This document shows positions 1 to 15,067 of a DNA stretch of 64,000 bases, piece by piece; position 1 is the stretch's first letter, and each line of letters opens with the position of its first letter. The notes under the pieces are model-generated. The model did not search any database. It had not been told where the DNA came from and saw nothing but the letters and a program-made list of their open reading frames with translations. The stretch is from Gemmatimonadales bacterium (GTDB lineage: Bacteria; Gemmatimonadota; Gemmatimonadetes; Gemmatimonadales; GWC2-71-9): NCBI GenBank assembly GCA_036265815.1, contig DATAOI010000102.1, positions 45,194-109,193 on the forward strand, in the 5' to 3' direction. The position numbers and the translations under genes were made by a program.

Positions 1-2249
1 CCTTGCGACAGCACCAGCAGCAGGATCTCCCGCGGCACGGCGCCGAGTGCCATGCGGATCCCGATCTCGCGGCTCCGTCGCACCACCTGGTGCGCCATCA
101 CGCCGTAGATCCCGACCGCGCCCAGGGTGAGCGCGACCAGCGCGAAGCCGGTGACCAGCAGCATCGTGAGGCGGCGCTCGGCGGTCCAGGACCCGAGCGC
201 CTGCTCCATGGTCTGCACCTCGGAGAGCGGGATGTTGGGATCGACCTCGTCCAGCGCCGCCCGCAGTGCGGGGGCCAGCCGGGCGGGGCTGCCGCTGGCC
301 CGGACCGCGAGGTAGAGCGACCGCGCGGCGGTTCCGGTCCCGGCGGGAAACTGCGCATGGGGCAGAAACATCTCCGGACGCGGCTCGTCGCTGAGCCCAC
401 GACGCCGGACGTCGCCCACGATCCCCACCACGGTGCGCCACACCGAGTCGACCGCCCCGCCACCCAGGAGCACCCGCTGGCCGAGCGCGTTTCCTCCCGG
501 CCACACCTTGCGCGCCAGGGTCTGGTTGATCACCACCGCGCCCGGCGCGTCGAGGCGGTCCTCCGGCTCGACTCCCCTGCCTTGCAGCACCGGGATGCGC
601 ATGGTGCGGAAGTAGTCCGGGGTGACCACCTCCCAGTCCGCCGGGTGCCAGTCCCCCGGAGCGGGCGGGGTGGAGAATGCGCCTTCGATCACGAAGGACC
701 AATCCCCGATGTCGGTCTGCCCGGTCATCGGGAGCGCCCGGACCGCCGCCGCGGAGGTGACGCCGGGAATGGCGCGGACCCTTCGAAGCAAGTTGTCGTA
801 CAGCGCGCGAATCTCCGGGCTGTGCGGATACCTCACCGAGGTGAGCTCGATCCGCGCGGTCAGCAGGTGTTCCGGATCGAACCCGGGATCGACCCCACGG
901 ACCCGAAGGAAGCTCTGCACCAGCAGTCCGGCGCCGATCAAAAGCACCAGCGCGAGGGCGATCTGTCCCACGACGAGGCCGCGGCGGAAGCGCTGGCCCG
1001 CCGCGCCCGAGCTGCCCCAGCGACCCCCTTCCGCCAGCGTGGTGGCCAGATCGACCCGCCCGGCATGCAGGACCGGCACCAGGCCGAACAGCAGCGCGGC
1101 CGACAGCGACGCCGCCGCCGCGAACGTCAGGACCCACCCGTCGACCTCGATCGCGCCGAGGCGCGGGACGCTGGAAGGCGCGGCGAGTATCAGCCCGCGA
1201 ACGCCCCACGCCGCGAGCAGCAACCCGACCAGTCCGCCGATCGTCGCCAGGGCGACGCTCTCGGTGATCAGCTGGCGCACGATCCGGCCGCGCCCGGCAC
1301 CGAGCGCCGACCGCAGGGCCATCTCCCGTTGCCGGGACTCGGCGCGGGCCAGCAGCAGGCTCGCCACGTTGGCGCAGGCGATGAGCAGGAGCAGGCCGAC
1401 GGCGCCGAGCAGCAGCAGGATCGCGGGGCGGGCGGCACCGACCACCTGATCATCCACCGGCCGCACCGACGCGGTGAACCCGGGCAGGTAGTCGTTGGGA
1501 TAGGCGTCGCGCATGCGATGCGCCAGCCCGGCCACCTCGCGTTCCGCCGCCGCGGCGTCGACGCCGGGGCGGAGCCGCCCGATCATCTGAAGGAAGTGCC
1601 AGCCCCGCACGCTGCGATCGGTGGCCGGATCGAGCTGCAGGGGTCCCCACAGCTCCATCTCCGAGCCGGCGAAGTGGAGTGGAAGCTGAAAGCCGGGAGG
1701 CATGACGCCGACGATGGTCGTGGTCGCGTCATCCAGGATCACCGTCCGGCCGATGACGGACCGGTCGGCACCGAACCGGCGCCGCCATACGCCGTCGCTC
1801 AGGAGCACCACGGGGGAATGGCCCGGCAGATCATCGTCGGTCGTGAGGCCCCGCCCGATCGCGGGCGCGACCCCGAGGAGCGGGAGGGCCTCGGCAGTGA
1901 CATACCCCATCTGCAGCCGCTCCGGGGTGCCGCTGCCGGTCAGATTGACCGAGCCGCCGGCGAAGGCCGCGACTCCCTGGAAGGAGTGAGCCTGCTCCCG
2001 CATCTCGCAGTATTCCGGGACGCTGAGCTCGGCCTGGGCCTTCTGCTCTCGCCAGCCCCAGATCATGACCAGCTGCTCCGGCCGCTGGTACGGCAGCGGG
2101 CGGAGCAGCACGCCGTTCACCACGCTGAAGATCGCGGTGGTGGCGCCGATGCCGAGTGCCAGGGTGAGGACCGCGACGGCGGCGAAGCCGGGCCGCTGCC
2201 GCATCCCCCGGAAGGCGTAGCGCAGGTCGGAGGCGACGGCGTCGATCAT
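1..2249 (-). CDS. ADOP-family (duplicated FtsX/MacB-type) ABC permease, permease 5 of the array. The 3' end runs off the window.
   Basis: Absent from the ORF track because there is no stop in the window. Reverse-strand reading from ATG 2249 gives [54 protein letters not shown], the same N-terminus as the four upstream paralogues. Nt 60-130 read [25 protein letters not shown] (second FtsX module). The ATG overlaps the upstream TGA (ATGA). The 783-aa plus-strand ORF 3..2354 is its antisense shadow. Confidence 0.85.
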   Translation of the reverse strand, partial: MIDAVASDLRYAFRGMRQRPGFAAVAVLTLALGIGATTAIFSVVNGVLLRPLPYQRPEQLVMIWGWREQKAQAELSVPEYCEMREQAHSFQGVAAFAGGSVNLTGSGTPERLQMGYVTAEALPLLGVAPAIGRGLTTDDDLPGHSPVVLLSDGVWRRRFGADRSVIGRTVILDDATTTIVGVMPPGFQLPLHFAGSEMELWGPLQLDPATDRSVRGWHFLQMIGRLRPGVDAAAAEREVAGLAHRMRDAYPNDYLPGFTASVRPVDDQVVGAARPAILLLLGAVGLLLLIACANVASLLLARAESRQREMALRSALGAGRGRIVRQLITESVALATIGGLVGLLLAAWGVRGLILAAPSSVPRLGAIEVDGWVLTFAAAASLSAALLFGLVPVLHAGRVDLATTLAEGGRWGSSGAAGQRFRRGLVVGQIALALVLLIGAGLLVQSFLRVRGVDPGFDPEHLLTARIELTSVRYPHSPEIRALYDNLLRRVRAIPGVTSAAAVRALPMTGQTDIGDWSFVIEGAFSTPPAPGDWHPADWEVVTPDYFRTMRIPVLQGRGVEPEDRLDAPGAVVINQTLARKVWPGGNALGQRVLLGGGAVDSVWRTVVGIVGDVRRRGLSDEPRPEMFLPHAQFPAGTGTAARSLYLAVRASGSPARLAPALRAALDEVDPNIPLSEVQTMEQALGSWTAERRLTMLLVTGFALVALTLGAVGIYGVMAHQVVRRSREIGIRMALGAVPREILLLVLSQ

Positions 2250-4705
2250 TCCGACCTGAGCGAGATCATCGGATCCACCCGCAGCGCCCGCCGGGCCGGC
2301 AGGTACGTCGCCGCGAGCGCTACGATCCCAAGCAGGGCCGCGACAGCGGCATAGGTGACCGGATCCCGCGAGGACACGTCGTAGAGCTGACTCGAGAGCA
2401 CCCGGCTCAACGCCCAGGCGCCAACCAGCCCGAGGCCCAGTCCGATGAGCACCAGCCGCATGCCTTGACCCACCACCAATCCCAGCACATCGGAGGATCC
2501 CGCCCCGAGCGCCACCCGGATGCCGATCTCGTGTCGACGCTGGGTGGTGGTGTAGGCCATGACCCCGTAGATGCCGATGGCCGAGAGCAGGAGCGCGATG
2601 CCCGCGAACAGGGTGAGCAGGAGCAGCGAGAACCGCCGTTCCGCGCTGGCGTTGGTGAGCACACGCTCCATCGGCATGATGCCGAAGACCGGCTGGTCCG
2701 GCTCCGCCTCGCGGATCGCTCGGGTCACTGCCGTGCCCAGCCGCTCGGGCGGCCCGTCGGTGCGGACGATAAAGGACATCTCCTGACCCGGCCGGTACAG
2801 ACTGGAGAGGTAGAACTCCTCGCGCGCCGGCTGGTCGGGCGCCTGCTGACGTACGTCTCCGACCACGCCCACCACGCTGACCCACGGTCCCGTGGATCCG
2901 AAGAGCTGAATCCGGCGTCCGATCGGGCTCTCACCGGGCCAGTACTTCTCGGCCAGCGTCCGGTTCACCAGGACCTCGCCTCGCGAAGCCGAGTCGGCCA
3001 CGGATGAGAGCTGCTGCCCGCGCAGCAGGGGGATCTGCATGGTCTCGAAATAGTTCGGCGTCACCAGCCGGAATTCGGCGCTGGGCGACGGCTGGTCGGG
3101 CGGCGTCGGCCGGCCTTCAATCTCGAAGCGGGCGTCGTTGCTGCCGCGGAACGGCAGCCGGGAGGTGAGCGCGACCGCGCGCACACCCGGCACGCGCTGC
3201 ACCGCCGCGAGTGCCGCGCTGTAGAAGCCCCGGCGCTGCGCGTCGGTGAAATACTTCCCCTTCTCCGGCTCGTTGCGGACCGGGAGCCACACCTGAAGAG
3301 TCAGCAGGTGTTCGGGGTTGAAGCCCGGTTCCACCGCGATCAGCCGCTGGAAGCTCCGGAGTAGCAGCCCGGCGCCAGCCAGCAGCATGAGCGCCACCGC
3401 CACCTCGGTCACCACCAGGGTGCTCCGGACCCGCGCCCGCGGCACGCCGCTGGTGGCGCCGCGGGCCGAATCCTTGAGTACGCTCTGCAGATCGGGGCGG
3501 GACGCCTGAATCGCCGGGATCATTCCGAAGCCCAGGCCGGTGAACAGGATAAGGAAGGCACTGAAGCCCAGCACCGCGCGATCGATCCCGATCTCGCGGG
3601 CGCGGGGAAGGTAGAGTGCGGCGAGGTGCTCCAGTGCGCTGGTGCCCCACATGGCGATGAACAGCCCCAGCACTCCGCCCAGCGCCGCGAGCAAGAGGCT
3701 CTCGGTGAGGAGCTGCCGCACCAGGCGCATCCGGCTCCCGCCGAGCGCGGTGCGGATGGCGATCTCGCGATCCCGGGTGGTGGCGCGCGCGAGCAGCAGG
3801 TTGGCGACGTTGGCGCAGCCGATGAGCAGCACGAATCCCACGGCGCCGAGCAGCACCAGCAAGGCGGGCCGCACATTCCCCACCACCCGCGCCGCCAGCG
3901 GGATCGCGTCCACCTGCCAGCCGACCGCGGGAGGGTAGGAGTTGGGATACGCTTCGGCCAGCCGGTGCGTCAGGATGGCGAGCTGAGAGTGGAGCTCATC
4001 CGGTGTCGCCCCGGGCTTGAGCCGGCCGATGAGATCGAACACCCGCGCGCCCCGAACGTTCAGGAAGGTGGTGTCGGGATTGTCCAGCGAGACCGGGGCC
4101 CACAGCTCCATCGGGGAGGCGCCGCTCTCCACCGGATGGCGGAAGCCCTTCGGCATGACGCCGATGATGGTGATCGGATCGTCGTCCAGCCTGACCGTCT
4201 TGCCGATGACCCCACGGTCCCCGCCGAAGTGCGATTGCCAGAGATCGTAGGAGATGAGGGCGACGAAGCCGATGTGCCCGATGTCGTCGGCCTTGGTGAA
4301 GTCGCGCCCGAGCACCGGAGCCGTGCCCAGCACCGAGAAGTAGTTGGTGCTTACGACCGCCGCCTGGATCCGCTGAGGCTCGCCCAGGCCGGTGAGATTG
4401 ATGTTGATCGGCCAGATCGCCGAGATCTCGCGCAAGGCGGGCACGCCGCTGAGCAGATCGTGGTACTCCGGCTGCGACATCGGCACGTTGTTCCGGTCCC
4501 GCCCGGTGAGCCGGGCGCGGATCGAGACCAGCTGGTCGGGCTCGGCGTAGGACAGTGGCTTGAGCAGCACCGCGTTGACCACGCTGAAGATCGCGGTGTT
4601 GGCGCCGATCCCCAGCGCCAGCGTGAGCACGGCGATCGCGGTGAACCCCGGACTCCGGATCAACCCGCGGAGCGCGAAGCGAAAGTCCCGCCAGAGCGTG
4701 TCCAT
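2246..4705 (-). CDS. ADOP-family MacB-type ABC permease (permease 4)
   Basis: Track ORF 2246..4708. Reads [41 protein letters not shown], has two 4-TM FtsX-like modules each preceded by a large periplasmic domain, and ends [22 protein letters not shown] 4705 matches the paralogue N-termini. GTG 4708 is the alternative. Either start overlaps the ATPase TGA. Confidence 0.9.
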   Translation of the reverse strand: MDTLWRDFRFALRGLIRSPGFTAIAVLTLALGIGANTAIFSVVNAVLLKPLSYAEPDQLVSIRARLTGRDRNNVPMSQPEYHDLLSGVPALREISAIWPININLTGLGEPQRIQAAVVSTNYFSVLGTAPVLGRDFTKADDIGHIGFVALISYDLWQSHFGGDRGVIGKTVRLDDDPITIIGVMPKGFRHPVESGASPMELWAPVSLDNPDTTFLNVRGARVFDLIGRLKPGATPDELHSQLAILTHRLAEAYPNSYPPAVGWQVDAIPLAARVVGNVRPALLVLLGAVGFVLLIGCANVANLLLARATTRDREIAIRTALGGSRMRLVRQLLTESLLLAALGGVLGLFIAMWGTSALEHLAALYLPRAREIGIDRAVLGFSAFLILFTGLGFGMIPAIQASRPDLQSVLKDSARGATSGVPRARVRSTLVVTEVAVALMLLAGAGLLLRSFQRLIAVEPGFNPEHLLTLQVWLPVRNEPEKGKYFTDAQRRGFYSAALAAVQRVPGVRAVALTSRLPFRGSNDARFEIEGRPTPPDQPSPSAEFRLVTPNYFETMQIPLLRGQQLSSVADSASRGEVLVNRTLAEKYWPGESPIGRRIQLFGSTGPWVSVVGVVGDVRQQAPDQPAREEFYLSSLYRPGQEMSFIVRTDGPPERLGTAVTRAIREAEPDQPVFGIMPMERVLTNASAERRFSLLLLTLFAGIALLLSAIGIYGVMAYTTTQRRHEIGIRVALGAGSSDVLGLVVGQGMRLVLIGLGLGLVGAWALSRVLSSQLYDVSSRDPVTYAAVAALLGIVALAATYLPARRALRVDPMISLRSE

Positions 4706-5415
4706 CACGCCACCTCCTGATGAAACGGGCCGCGCCCATCGAGCCGACCGTCGAACAGATAGATCGTGCGCTGGGCATGCCGGAGATACCGGGGATCGTG
4801 GGTCACCATACAGATCGTCGCCCCACCCTGGTGCAGCTCGGCCAGGAGCTCCATGACCTGCTGGCCGCTCTTGGAGTCGAGGCTGCCCGTCGGCTCGTCG
4901 GCCAGGAGCACCAGCGGCCGGCCCGCGATCGCCCGGGCCACCGCCACCCGCTGTTGCTGCCCGCCGGAAAGCTGGGCCGGGTAGTGGCCGATCCGGTGCA
5001 GCATCCCGACCCGGTCGAGCGACTCGTACACCGCATCGCGCCGCTCCTTGGGCGACATCCCCCGGTACTTGAGGGGCAGCTCGATATTCTGGAACACGGT
5101 GAGGTCGCCGATCAGGTTGAACGCCTGGAAGATGAAACCGACCGCGCGACAGCGGACCCGGGCCCGGCGCTCGCGTGAGAGCGTGGCCACGGGCTCGCCC
5201 GCGAGGATGTAGCTCCCCTCGCTGGGCGAATCGAGCAGGCCGAGGATGGAGAGCAGGGTGGTCTTGCCGCAGCCCGAGGGACCACCGATGGCCACGTACT
5301 CACCGGCCCGGATCTCCAGATCGATGTTGGAGAGCGCGTGGGTCTCCACCTCTTCCGTGTGGAAGATCTTGGAGACTCCGACGAGCCGGATCAGGGGATC
5401 GATGGGAAGCGGCAT
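4705..5415 (-). CDS. ABC transporter ATP-binding protein, MacB/LolD-like (ATPase B)
   Basis: Walker [10 protein letters not shown], signature [14 protein letters not shown], Walker [13 protein letters not shown]-loop MVTHD. Track ORF 4705..5619 carries a 68-aa Gly/Arg-rich extension that overlaps the upstream permease. ATG 5415 ([18 protein letters not shown]) lies 2 nt after the upstream TAG. Confidence 0.9.
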   Translation of the reverse strand: MPLPIDPLIRLVGVSKIFHTEEVETHALSNIDLEIRAGEYVAIGGPSGCGKTTLLSILGLLDSPSEGSYILAGEPVATLSRERRARVRCRAVGFIFQAFNLIGDLTVFQNIELPLKYRGMSPKERRDAVYESLDRVGMLHRIGHYPAQLSGGQQQRVAVARAIAGRPLVLLADEPTGSLDSKSGQQVMELLAELHQGGATICMVTHDPRYLRHAQRTIYLFDGRLDGRGPFHQEVA

Positions 5416-5417
5416 GG

Positions 5418-7850
5418 CTATTCCGACCGGAGCGCCGTGACCGGATCCACCAGCGCCGCCCGGCGCGCGGGCAGCGCCGCGGCCAGCACGGCGACGAAGC
5501 TGAGGACCACGAGGCCGGTCGCGAATGTCGGTGGATCGGTCGGGCTCACCCGGAAGAGCAGGCCGGAGAGTAGCCGGGTGAGCACCAGCGCCCCGACCAG
5601 GCCCAGGGCAAGGCCCCATCCCGCGAGCATCGCGCCATGCCGCACCACCATGGTGAGCACGTCCCGGCTCTGGGCGCCGAGCGCGATGCGGATGCCGATC
5701 TCCTGCACCCGCTGGGTCACCCCATAGGAGATGATGCCGTACACGCCAATGGCGGCGAGCAGCAGCGCGATGCCGCCGAACGCGGTGAGGAGCATGGTGC
5801 TGAAGCGGGTCTGCGAGAGTGATGCTGTGATCCGCTGATCCATGGTGCCGATGTTGTAGACCGGGACCGTCGGGTCCACCGCGCGGACCGCGTCACGAAT
5901 GGTCCCCGCCGCGGCGATCGGCTCGCCCGAGGTGCGCACCGCCAGCGTCATGGTGCGGTCGAGCCAGCCCCACGCCACCCCGGGCGCCTGCGCCACCGGC
6001 AGGTAGAACTCGGGATCGGGATCCTCGGCCAGTCCCCTCGCCCGGGTATTGGCCACGACACCGATCACGGTCTTCCACGCCGGTCCGCCGTCAGGATTCT
6101 CGTCACAGCAGGCGACCCGTTTGCCGATCGGGTCCTCGCCCGGCCAGGCCTGGCGGGCAAGCTCCTCGTTGATCACCATCGCCAGCGGCGCGCCGGCACG
6201 ATCTTCGGCGGTGAAGGTCCGGCCGCGGCGGAGCGCGATGCGCATGGTTTTGAAGTAATCCGGCGTCACCAGCCGGAGCGACGAGTTGATGGCCGACTCG
6301 ATGCCCAGCGGGCGCCCCTCGGGTACCAACCCGTTGGTGCCACCTCCCTCCAGCGGGGCCGAGGACACCAGACCCGCCGCCACCACGCCCGGCGCGTGCT
6401 CCAGCTGCTCGGCGAAACGGGCGAAGGCCCGCTGCGTCTGCTCCGGCGCCTGGTACCCCGCCGCCGGCAGGCTCACCCGGGCGGCCAGCACGTTCCGGGG
6501 ATCGAACCCTGGATCTACCCCGTCGAGCGCGATGCCGGTCCGGATCAGCAGCCCGGCGCCGGTGAGGAGCACCAGTGCGAGCGCGATCTCCGCCACCACC
6601 AGCGTGCTCCGGAGGCGATCGCGGCGTCCGGCCGCTCCCAGAGCACGCCCACCTTCCTTGAGCGCCTGCTGCGGGAAGCTCGCGGCCATCCGGAGCGCCG
6701 GGGCGATGCCGAAGATGAGACCGCTCGCCAGGGTAACCAGCAGCGCGAACCCGAGCGCCATGCCATCCACTCGCGCCTGGGATAGCCGGGGCACGTCGGC
6801 CGGTCCGATCGCGACCAGAGCCGTCACTCCCCAGTATGCGGCGAAGGCGCCGAGCACACCGCCAGCGGCCGCGAGCACCAAGCACTCCGTCAGAGCCTGC
6901 CGCAGGATGTGGCCGCGCCCCGCGCCCACCGCGGCGCGGATGGCCGTCTCGTGCGAGCGGGCGGCAGCGCGGGCCAGCAGCAGGTTGGCGATGTTGGCGC
7001 AGGCGATGAGCAGGACGAATCCCACGGCGCCGAGCAGGACATACAGCCGGGGCCGGTACTCGCGGATCAGCTCCTCCTGGAACGGCTTTGCCGCCAGCCC
7101 GCGCTCGGCGTTGTCCTTGGGAAACCGCCGCTGCAGGTCCGCCGCGATGGCGTTCAGCTCGGCGGTGAGCTGCTGCAGCGTGGCGCCGGGCTTGAGCCGG
7201 CCGAGCACCGTGAGGTAGTGCTCGTCGTGCATCGCCAGGCGCTCGGGGGTCAGCTCGAACGGGACCCAGAGCTCCTCGTCGTGCACGGCGTAGTCGAGCG
7301 ACGCCGGCATGACCCCGATCACGGTGTACGGTTGCCCCTCCAGCCGCACCTCCCGGCCGACGATGGCCCGGTCGCCCCCGAACCGGCGGCGCCAGAGCCG
7401 GTCGCTCAGGATTACCACGCCGTCGTGGCCCGGCTGATTCTCTTCGGCCGCAAAGTCCCGGCCCAGCGCCGGCCGCACGCCGAGGAGCCGGAAGTAGTCC
7501 GCCCCGACCCGGGCGCTGGGGACATTCTCGGGCAGATCGCCTTCGGAGAGATTGAGGCTCGCGCCCTGGGCCGGCACCAGATACTGGAGCAGATGATCCT
7601 CTCGCCTGGTATCCGCCCAGTTGCCGACCGAGAAGTCGCCGCGCATTCCGCGCCAGGCCTCACTGACCAGCAGCACGTTCCCCGGGTCGGCCCAGGGGAG
7701 CGGGCGGAACAGCACCGCGTAGACCACGCTGAAGATCGCGGTGGTGGCGCCGATGCAGAGCGCGAGCGTCAGGACCACGGCCCCGGTGAGCGTCGGGCTC
7801 TTCCGGAGAGAGCGGACGGCGAAGCGGAGATTCTGGAGGAAGGCGTCCAT
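5418..7850 (-). CDS. ADOP-family MacB-type ABC permease (permease 3)
   Basis: 810 aa. Reads [41 protein letters not shown] and ends ALPARRAALVDPVTALRSE. Duplicated FtsX architecture. The start lies 1 nt after the upstream stop. Confidence 0.9.
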   Translation of the reverse strand: MDAFLQNLRFAVRSLRKSPTLTGAVVLTLALCIGATTAIFSVVYAVLFRPLPWADPGNVLLVSEAWRGMRGDFSVGNWADTRREDHLLQYLVPAQGASLNLSEGDLPENVPSARVGADYFRLLGVRPALGRDFAAEENQPGHDGVVILSDRLWRRRFGGDRAIVGREVRLEGQPYTVIGVMPASLDYAVHDEELWVPFELTPERLAMHDEHYLTVLGRLKPGATLQQLTAELNAIAADLQRRFPKDNAERGLAAKPFQEELIREYRPRLYVLLGAVGFVLLIACANIANLLLARAAARSHETAIRAAVGAGRGHILRQALTECLVLAAAGGVLGAFAAYWGVTALVAIGPADVPRLSQARVDGMALGFALLVTLASGLIFGIAPALRMAASFPQQALKEGGRALGAAGRRDRLRSTLVVAEIALALVLLTGAGLLIRTGIALDGVDPGFDPRNVLAARVSLPAAGYQAPEQTQRAFARFAEQLEHAPGVVAAGLVSSAPLEGGGTNGLVPEGRPLGIESAINSSLRLVTPDYFKTMRIALRRGRTFTAEDRAGAPLAMVINEELARQAWPGEDPIGKRVACCDENPDGGPAWKTVIGVVANTRARGLAEDPDPEFYLPVAQAPGVAWGWLDRTMTLAVRTSGEPIAAAGTIRDAVRAVDPTVPVYNIGTMDQRITASLSQTRFSTMLLTAFGGIALLLAAIGVYGIISYGVTQRVQEIGIRIALGAQSRDVLTMVVRHGAMLAGWGLALGLVGALVLTRLLSGLLFRVSPTDPPTFATGLVVLSFVAVLAAALPARRAALVDPVTALRSE

Positions 7851-7851
7851 G

Positions 7852-10263
<2,412 letters not shown>

Positions 10264-10267
10264 CGGG

Positions 10268-12685
10268 TTACTCCGAGCGCAGGGCGACCATCGGGTCGAC
10301 CCGAGTGGCACGGCGCGCCGGCGCATAGCATGCGACCACCCCGACGGCGATCAGGAGGACGATGATCCCGGCGAAGACCGCGGGATCGGTTGCGCTGACA
10401 CCATACAGCAGGGCCCCCAAGACCCTGGAGAAGGCAGCGGCGCCGGCGATCCCCACCACCAAACCGGCACCGACCAGCCCGAGTCCCCGCTTCAGCACGC
10501 CACCCAGCACCGCATTGCGAGTCGCACCCAGCGCGAGCCGGATGCCCAGCTCCCGGGTGCGCTGCACCACGGTGTACGCCATGACCCCGTAGAGCCCCAC
10601 GCCCGTGAGCACCAGCGCGAGGGCCGCGAAGCCGGCCAACAGGGCCATGCTGAAGCGCCGGCGCGCGAGCGCGTCGCCCAGGTACGCCTCGAGTGGCCGG
10701 ATTTCCGCCACGGCGAGCTCGGGATCGAGGGCGTGGATCTGCGCGGTTACCGTGAGCGCGAGTTCTGCGGGATCGCCGCTTGTGCGGAGGACCAGGTTCA
10801 TGAAGTTCGACGGGAACTGCTCCAGCGGCCAATACGTCGTCGGGCTGGCGGCTGAATCGACGCCGGTGTGCTTCACGTCGGCGACGACGCCCACGATGGT
10901 TGCCGTGAGCGTATCGCCCCAGGGCATGACGATTCGCTGCCCCAGTGGCTTCTCTCCGGGCAGGTACCGCTGCACGAAGCTTTCGCTCACCACCACGGAT
11001 CGGGGCTGCAGTGGCCCGTCGGCCGGCGTGAGCGCCCGCCCCTGGAGCAACGCGATCCGCATGGTCCGGAAGTAATCCGGATCTACCGCGCGGACGTCGG
11101 TGCCCAGCTTCTCGCCGGGACGCGGTGCCGGGCGGTTCTCGAACCAGAAGCTCGTGGCGGAGCGGAGGCCGGAGAGCGGAAGCCAGTTGATCCCGCCCGC
11201 GGCGCTCACGCCAGGAAGCGCGCGCAGCCGGCTCAGCGCCGCGTCAAAGAAGGCAACCTGCTGCTCGGGTTTCGGGTACCGCAGCTCGGGCAGCGTGACC
11301 CGGGCGGTGAGCACGTGCTCGGGGTCGAAGCCGAGATCGACCTGCTGCAGACGCGCGAAGCTCTTGAGCAGCAGCCCGGCACCGACCAGGAGCACCAGAG
11401 ACAGTGCGACCTGAGCCGCGACCAGCACGGCCTGCGTCCTGGCCCCTCCGCCTGAGGAGGCGCGTCCGCCTTCCTTCAGAGATTCGTGCAGGTCGGCCCG
11501 GCCCGCGTGGACGGCCGGGACCAACCCGAAGAGGATGCCGGCGGCCGAGGAGATGACGAGGGTGAACCCCAGGGTGGCGAGATCGACGTGGACCTCACCC
11601 AATCGAGGAATTTCCACGGCGGCCCGCGCCACCAGCGCGTCCGTCAGCCAGACGGCAAGCAGCACGCCGGCCATCCCCGCAACGAGCGCGAGCAGGAGAC
11701 TCTCCGCCAGGAACTGGCGTACCACCCGCGAGCGGCTCGCTCCGAGCGCCGCCCGGACGGCGATTTCCCGCCGGCGCGCCGTCGCCCGGGCGAGCTGAAG
11801 ATTGGCCGCGTTGGCGCAGGCGATCAGCAGCACCAGGACTACCACACCCGCCAGCACCAGTAGCGTGCGCCGTACCTGGCCCGTGGCCATGTCGCGCATC
11901 GGCACCAGATTCACCGACCAGCCGCTGTTGAAGTCGGGATGCACGTCCGCCAGCCGACGGGCGATCGTGCCCATCGCCGCCTGGGCCTGGGCGCGGCTGA
12001 CCGTGGGCTTGAGCCGTGCGAGAGCCAGCATGAACCGCCCTGAGCTCGCGCGATAGTCAGTGGCGGGATCGAGGGCGAACGGAACCCAGAGCTCGGGTGC
12101 GTGCGGAAGACCCACGATCCCTGCGCCCGGTGGGAGCACCCCGATGATCGTGTGGGGCTTGCCGTCCAGCGAGAGCGTCTGGCCGACCACGTTCCTCGAT
12201 CCGCCGAAGCGCCGCTGCCAAAGCCCGTGGCTCAGGACCACAACCGGCGGTCCGCCGGGCGCGTCCTCCTCGGCGGTGTAGGCCCGGCCAACAATCGGGC
12301 GGAGGCCCAGCAGGGGGAAGAGATCGGAGGTCGCGAGCTGGACCGGAACCTCGATCGGCTCGCCTCCGCCGGTCAGGTTCATCCGCACCTCGTACACTCC
12401 GGCCATCCGCTCGAAGACCTGGTTCTGCGCCTTCCAGTCCAGGAAATCTCCCGGAGACACCACATTGCGGTCGCGGTGCCGGGACTCGTTGGCCGCGAAG
12501 ACCATCACCAGGCGGTCGGGGGCCGGATACGGCAACGGCCGCACCAGCACCGCATTGATCACCGAGAAGATCGCGGTGTTCGCCCCGATCCCGAGGGCGA
12601 GACAGGCGACGGCCGCGGCGGTGGACGCCGGCGTACGGCGAAGCTGCCGGAGCGCGTAGCGGATATCCTGGAGAATCGAATCCAT
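10268..12685 (-). CDS. ADOP-family MacB-type ABC permease (permease 1)
   Basis: 805 aa. Reads [41 protein letters not shown] and ends [19 protein letters not shown]. Confidence 0.9.
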   Translation of the reverse strand: MDSILQDIRYALRQLRRTPASTAAAVACLALGIGANTAIFSVINAVLVRPLPYPAPDRLVMVFAANESRHRDRNVVSPGDFLDWKAQNQVFERMAGVYEVRMNLTGGGEPIEVPVQLATSDLFPLLGLRPIVGRAYTAEEDAPGGPPVVVLSHGLWQRRFGGSRNVVGQTLSLDGKPHTIIGVLPPGAGIVGLPHAPELWVPFALDPATDYRASSGRFMLALARLKPTVSRAQAQAAMGTIARRLADVHPDFNSGWSVNLVPMRDMATGQVRRTLLVLAGVVVLVLLIACANAANLQLARATARRREIAVRAALGASRSRVVRQFLAESLLLALVAGMAGVLLAVWLTDALVARAAVEIPRLGEVHVDLATLGFTLVISSAAGILFGLVPAVHAGRADLHESLKEGGRASSGGGARTQAVLVAAQVALSLVLLVGAGLLLKSFARLQQVDLGFDPEHVLTARVTLPELRYPKPEQQVAFFDAALSRLRALPGVSAAGGINWLPLSGLRSATSFWFENRPAPRPGEKLGTDVRAVDPDYFRTMRIALLQGRALTPADGPLQPRSVVVSESFVQRYLPGEKPLGQRIVMPWGDTLTATIVGVVADVKHTGVDSAASPTTYWPLEQFPSNFMNLVLRTSGDPAELALTVTAQIHALDPELAVAEIRPLEAYLGDALARRRFSMALLAGFAALALVLTGVGLYGVMAYTVVQRTRELGIRLALGATRNAVLGGVLKRGLGLVGAGLVVGIAGAAAFSRVLGALLYGVSATDPAVFAGIIVLLIAVGVVACYAPARRATRVDPMVALRSE

Positions 12686-12710
12686 GGCAAACGGTCCTGA
12701 TGGAAATGGG

Positions 12711-13409
<699 letters not shown>

Positions 13410-13535
13410 GGGAGTCTCGGGCCTTGGCGATTGGCGGTGAATCAATGAGGGATGGGCGATGAGCCACGACTCCCGGGTCCTGCGCGGTCACGTCGGTTAG
13501 CCAGCACGAGCCATGGCCCATGCCCATCGTTGCGG

Positions 13536-14783
13536 TCATTCGACTCTCACGCGGTCGAACCCATCCCAGCGGGACATGTCGGAGATGATCACCTTGTCAC
13601 CCGGCTGGAGGCCGCCCAGCACCTCGACGGTGTTGACCGACGTGCGGCCCAGCCGGACGTTCACCCGTACCGCGGTGGTGCCGTCCTCGATCAGCTTGAA
13701 CAGGCCTACCGTGCTCCCGGCCTGCCCATACGCGGGCCGCCCGACGTGGAGCACGTTGTCCAGCCGCTCGACCTGGATGGTGCCATCGACCGACAGGTCC
13801 GGCCGGGCGCCGCGGGGCAGCTCGCCTTCCAGCGATACGTCCACCGTGACGGTGCCGTTGAGCACCGCCGGGTCCATCCGCGACACCTTCCCGCGGGCGA
13901 TTCCGTTGCGGGTGTCGATCGCGGCGGGTTGACCCAGAGTGACGTCCTTGGCCTGCGTCTCCGGAATGCGAAGCACCGCCTTGAGCCGGCCCGGCTCCAC
14001 GATCCGGGCGAGCGACGCGCCCGACTGGGCCCACTGCCCCACCTCGAGGGAGAGCTCCTGCAGCGTGCCGTTCGCGCCGGCCTTCACCACCATGGAGCGG
14101 ATCCGGCCGCGCTGGAACTCGGTCACGTCCCGCAGCCGGTTCACCTGGGCCTGCTGCAGCGCGAGCTGCGAGTCGGCGGCCTGGGTCATCACCTGCAGCC
14201 GTTCCTGCTCGACCTTGAACCGGGTGCTCAGCTCCTCCAGCCGATCCTGCGCCCGGCTGGCCTCGCTGGTCGAGATGAGCTGCTTGGCCGCGAGCGAGTC
14301 GGAGGCGTCCGCCGTCCGCTTGGCATCGAGGAACGCGGCCTTCGCCGCCGCGACCGTCGCCTCCTGGTTGAGCCGCTGGGTGGCGAGCGTGGCGCGGAGG
14401 TTCACCCGATCAGCTTGGGCCACGCTGAGCTGGCGCTCGGACTCGAGTGCCTGGAGCTGGACGTCGGGGTTGCTCATCTCCAGCAGGACCGTCTCGGCCG
14501 TCACTTCCTGGCCGGGCTGGGCCAGCCGCTGCTCGACCCGGCCGGCCGTCACGGCGGAGATGTAGCGGATCCTCTCCGGCACCAGGGTACCCGGGCCGCG
14601 CACTTCGATCACCAGGGGCCCACGCACTACGGAATCCACCCAGACGGCCGCGCGGTCGACCTTGGGGGCGGCCGGCTTCAGGTTGCGCAGGCCGACCGTC
14701 GCCAGCACGATGGCCAGGAGCCCCAGGCCCCCATACATGAGCCGCTTGCGTCCGCGTTTGGCTGGTTCCCTCGGAATGTCCAC
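13536..14783 (-). CDS. Efflux membrane-fusion (periplasmic adaptor) protein, HlyD/MacA family
   Basis: 415 aa. N-terminal TM anchor (LMYGGLGLLAIVLATVGL). Lipoyl-like halves flank a long coiled-coil hairpin (QLQALESERQLSVAQADRVNLRATLATQRLNQEATVAAAKAAFLDAKR ... RLEELSTRFKVEQERLQVM). C-terminal beta-barrel and MP domain. First gene of the operon. Confidence 0.85.
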   Translation of the reverse strand: MDIPREPAKRGRKRLMYGGLGLLAIVLATVGLRNLKPAAPKVDRAAVWVDSVVRGPLVIEVRGPGTLVPERIRYISAVTAGRVEQRLAQPGQEVTAETVLLEMSNPDVQLQALESERQLSVAQADRVNLRATLATQRLNQEATVAAAKAAFLDAKRTADASDSLAAKQLISTSEASRAQDRLEELSTRFKVEQERLQVMTQAADSQLALQQAQVNRLRDVTEFQRGRIRSMVVKAGANGTLQELSLEVGQWAQSGASLARIVEPGRLKAVLRIPETQAKDVTLGQPAAIDTRNGIARGKVSRMDPAVLNGTVTVDVSLEGELPRGARPDLSVDGTIQVERLDNVLHVGRPAYGQAGSTVGLFKLIEDGTTAVRVNVRLGRTSVNTVEVLGGLQPGDKVIISDMSRWDGFDRVRVE

Positions 14784-14918
14784 GCTGCTGCCTCACTCGT
14801 CGCATGATGAATCGCACGCCCTGCCCTATGAAAGGTGCGTGCCACCTGAGGCGAACCCGCAAAGCACGGTCGTACAAAGGGTTGCCAGTCGGCCCTGGGG
14901 TTGGGATCCAGTTCGAGC

Positions 14919-14954
14919 GTTCGGTCATGGGATCGACAAATCCCACATCCGAAC
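14919..14954. promoter_or_regulatory. Imperfect 36-bp inverted repeat (candidate operator or 5'-UTR hairpin) upstream of the efflux operon
   Basis: GTTCGG tca TGGGAT cgacaa ATCCCA cat CCGAAC: two 6-bp arms on each side around a 6-nt centre. It lies about 135 nt upstream of the adaptor start (14783), in a stretch of lower GC (14790-15010). Confidence 0.3.
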
Positions 14955-15067
14955 ACAGCGTCCAACTGCGTTGGATGCCGCGAGCGTCGACAAGGTTCGG
15001 ATTGAGAAGGGTCCTGCTCATCGTGGGGAGCTGCTGCTGTGGCGGCGCGGCTGCGCCAGCCGGTCTG

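Noticed and set aside
3-2354. 783-aa plus-strand ORF, the longest ORF at the left edge
   Set aside because: Its translation is Arg/Gly/Pro/His-rich low complexity (e.g. [23 protein letters not shown]). It is the mirror of the minus-strand ADOP permease, which gives a paralogue-quality protein. This is the typical antisense shadow ORF of high-GC3 genes.
4705-5619. Long N-terminal extensions on many track ORFs, e.g. 4705..5619, 7852..10326, 23197..24051, 23934..25658, 36137..37072, 55969..57873 and 46042..46986
   Set aside because: The extensions overlap upstream genes, have low GC3 or Gly/Arg-rich junk, and lack an RBS. Internal ATG or GTG starts match paralogue N-termini, signal peptides or Shine-Dalgarno motifs.
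14919-14954. Possible tRNA or T-arm-like structure (GGGATCGACAAATCCC)
   Set aside because: There is no GTTCGAATC-type T-loop, no acceptor or anticodon arms, and the length and context are wrong. It is kept only as an inverted repeat.
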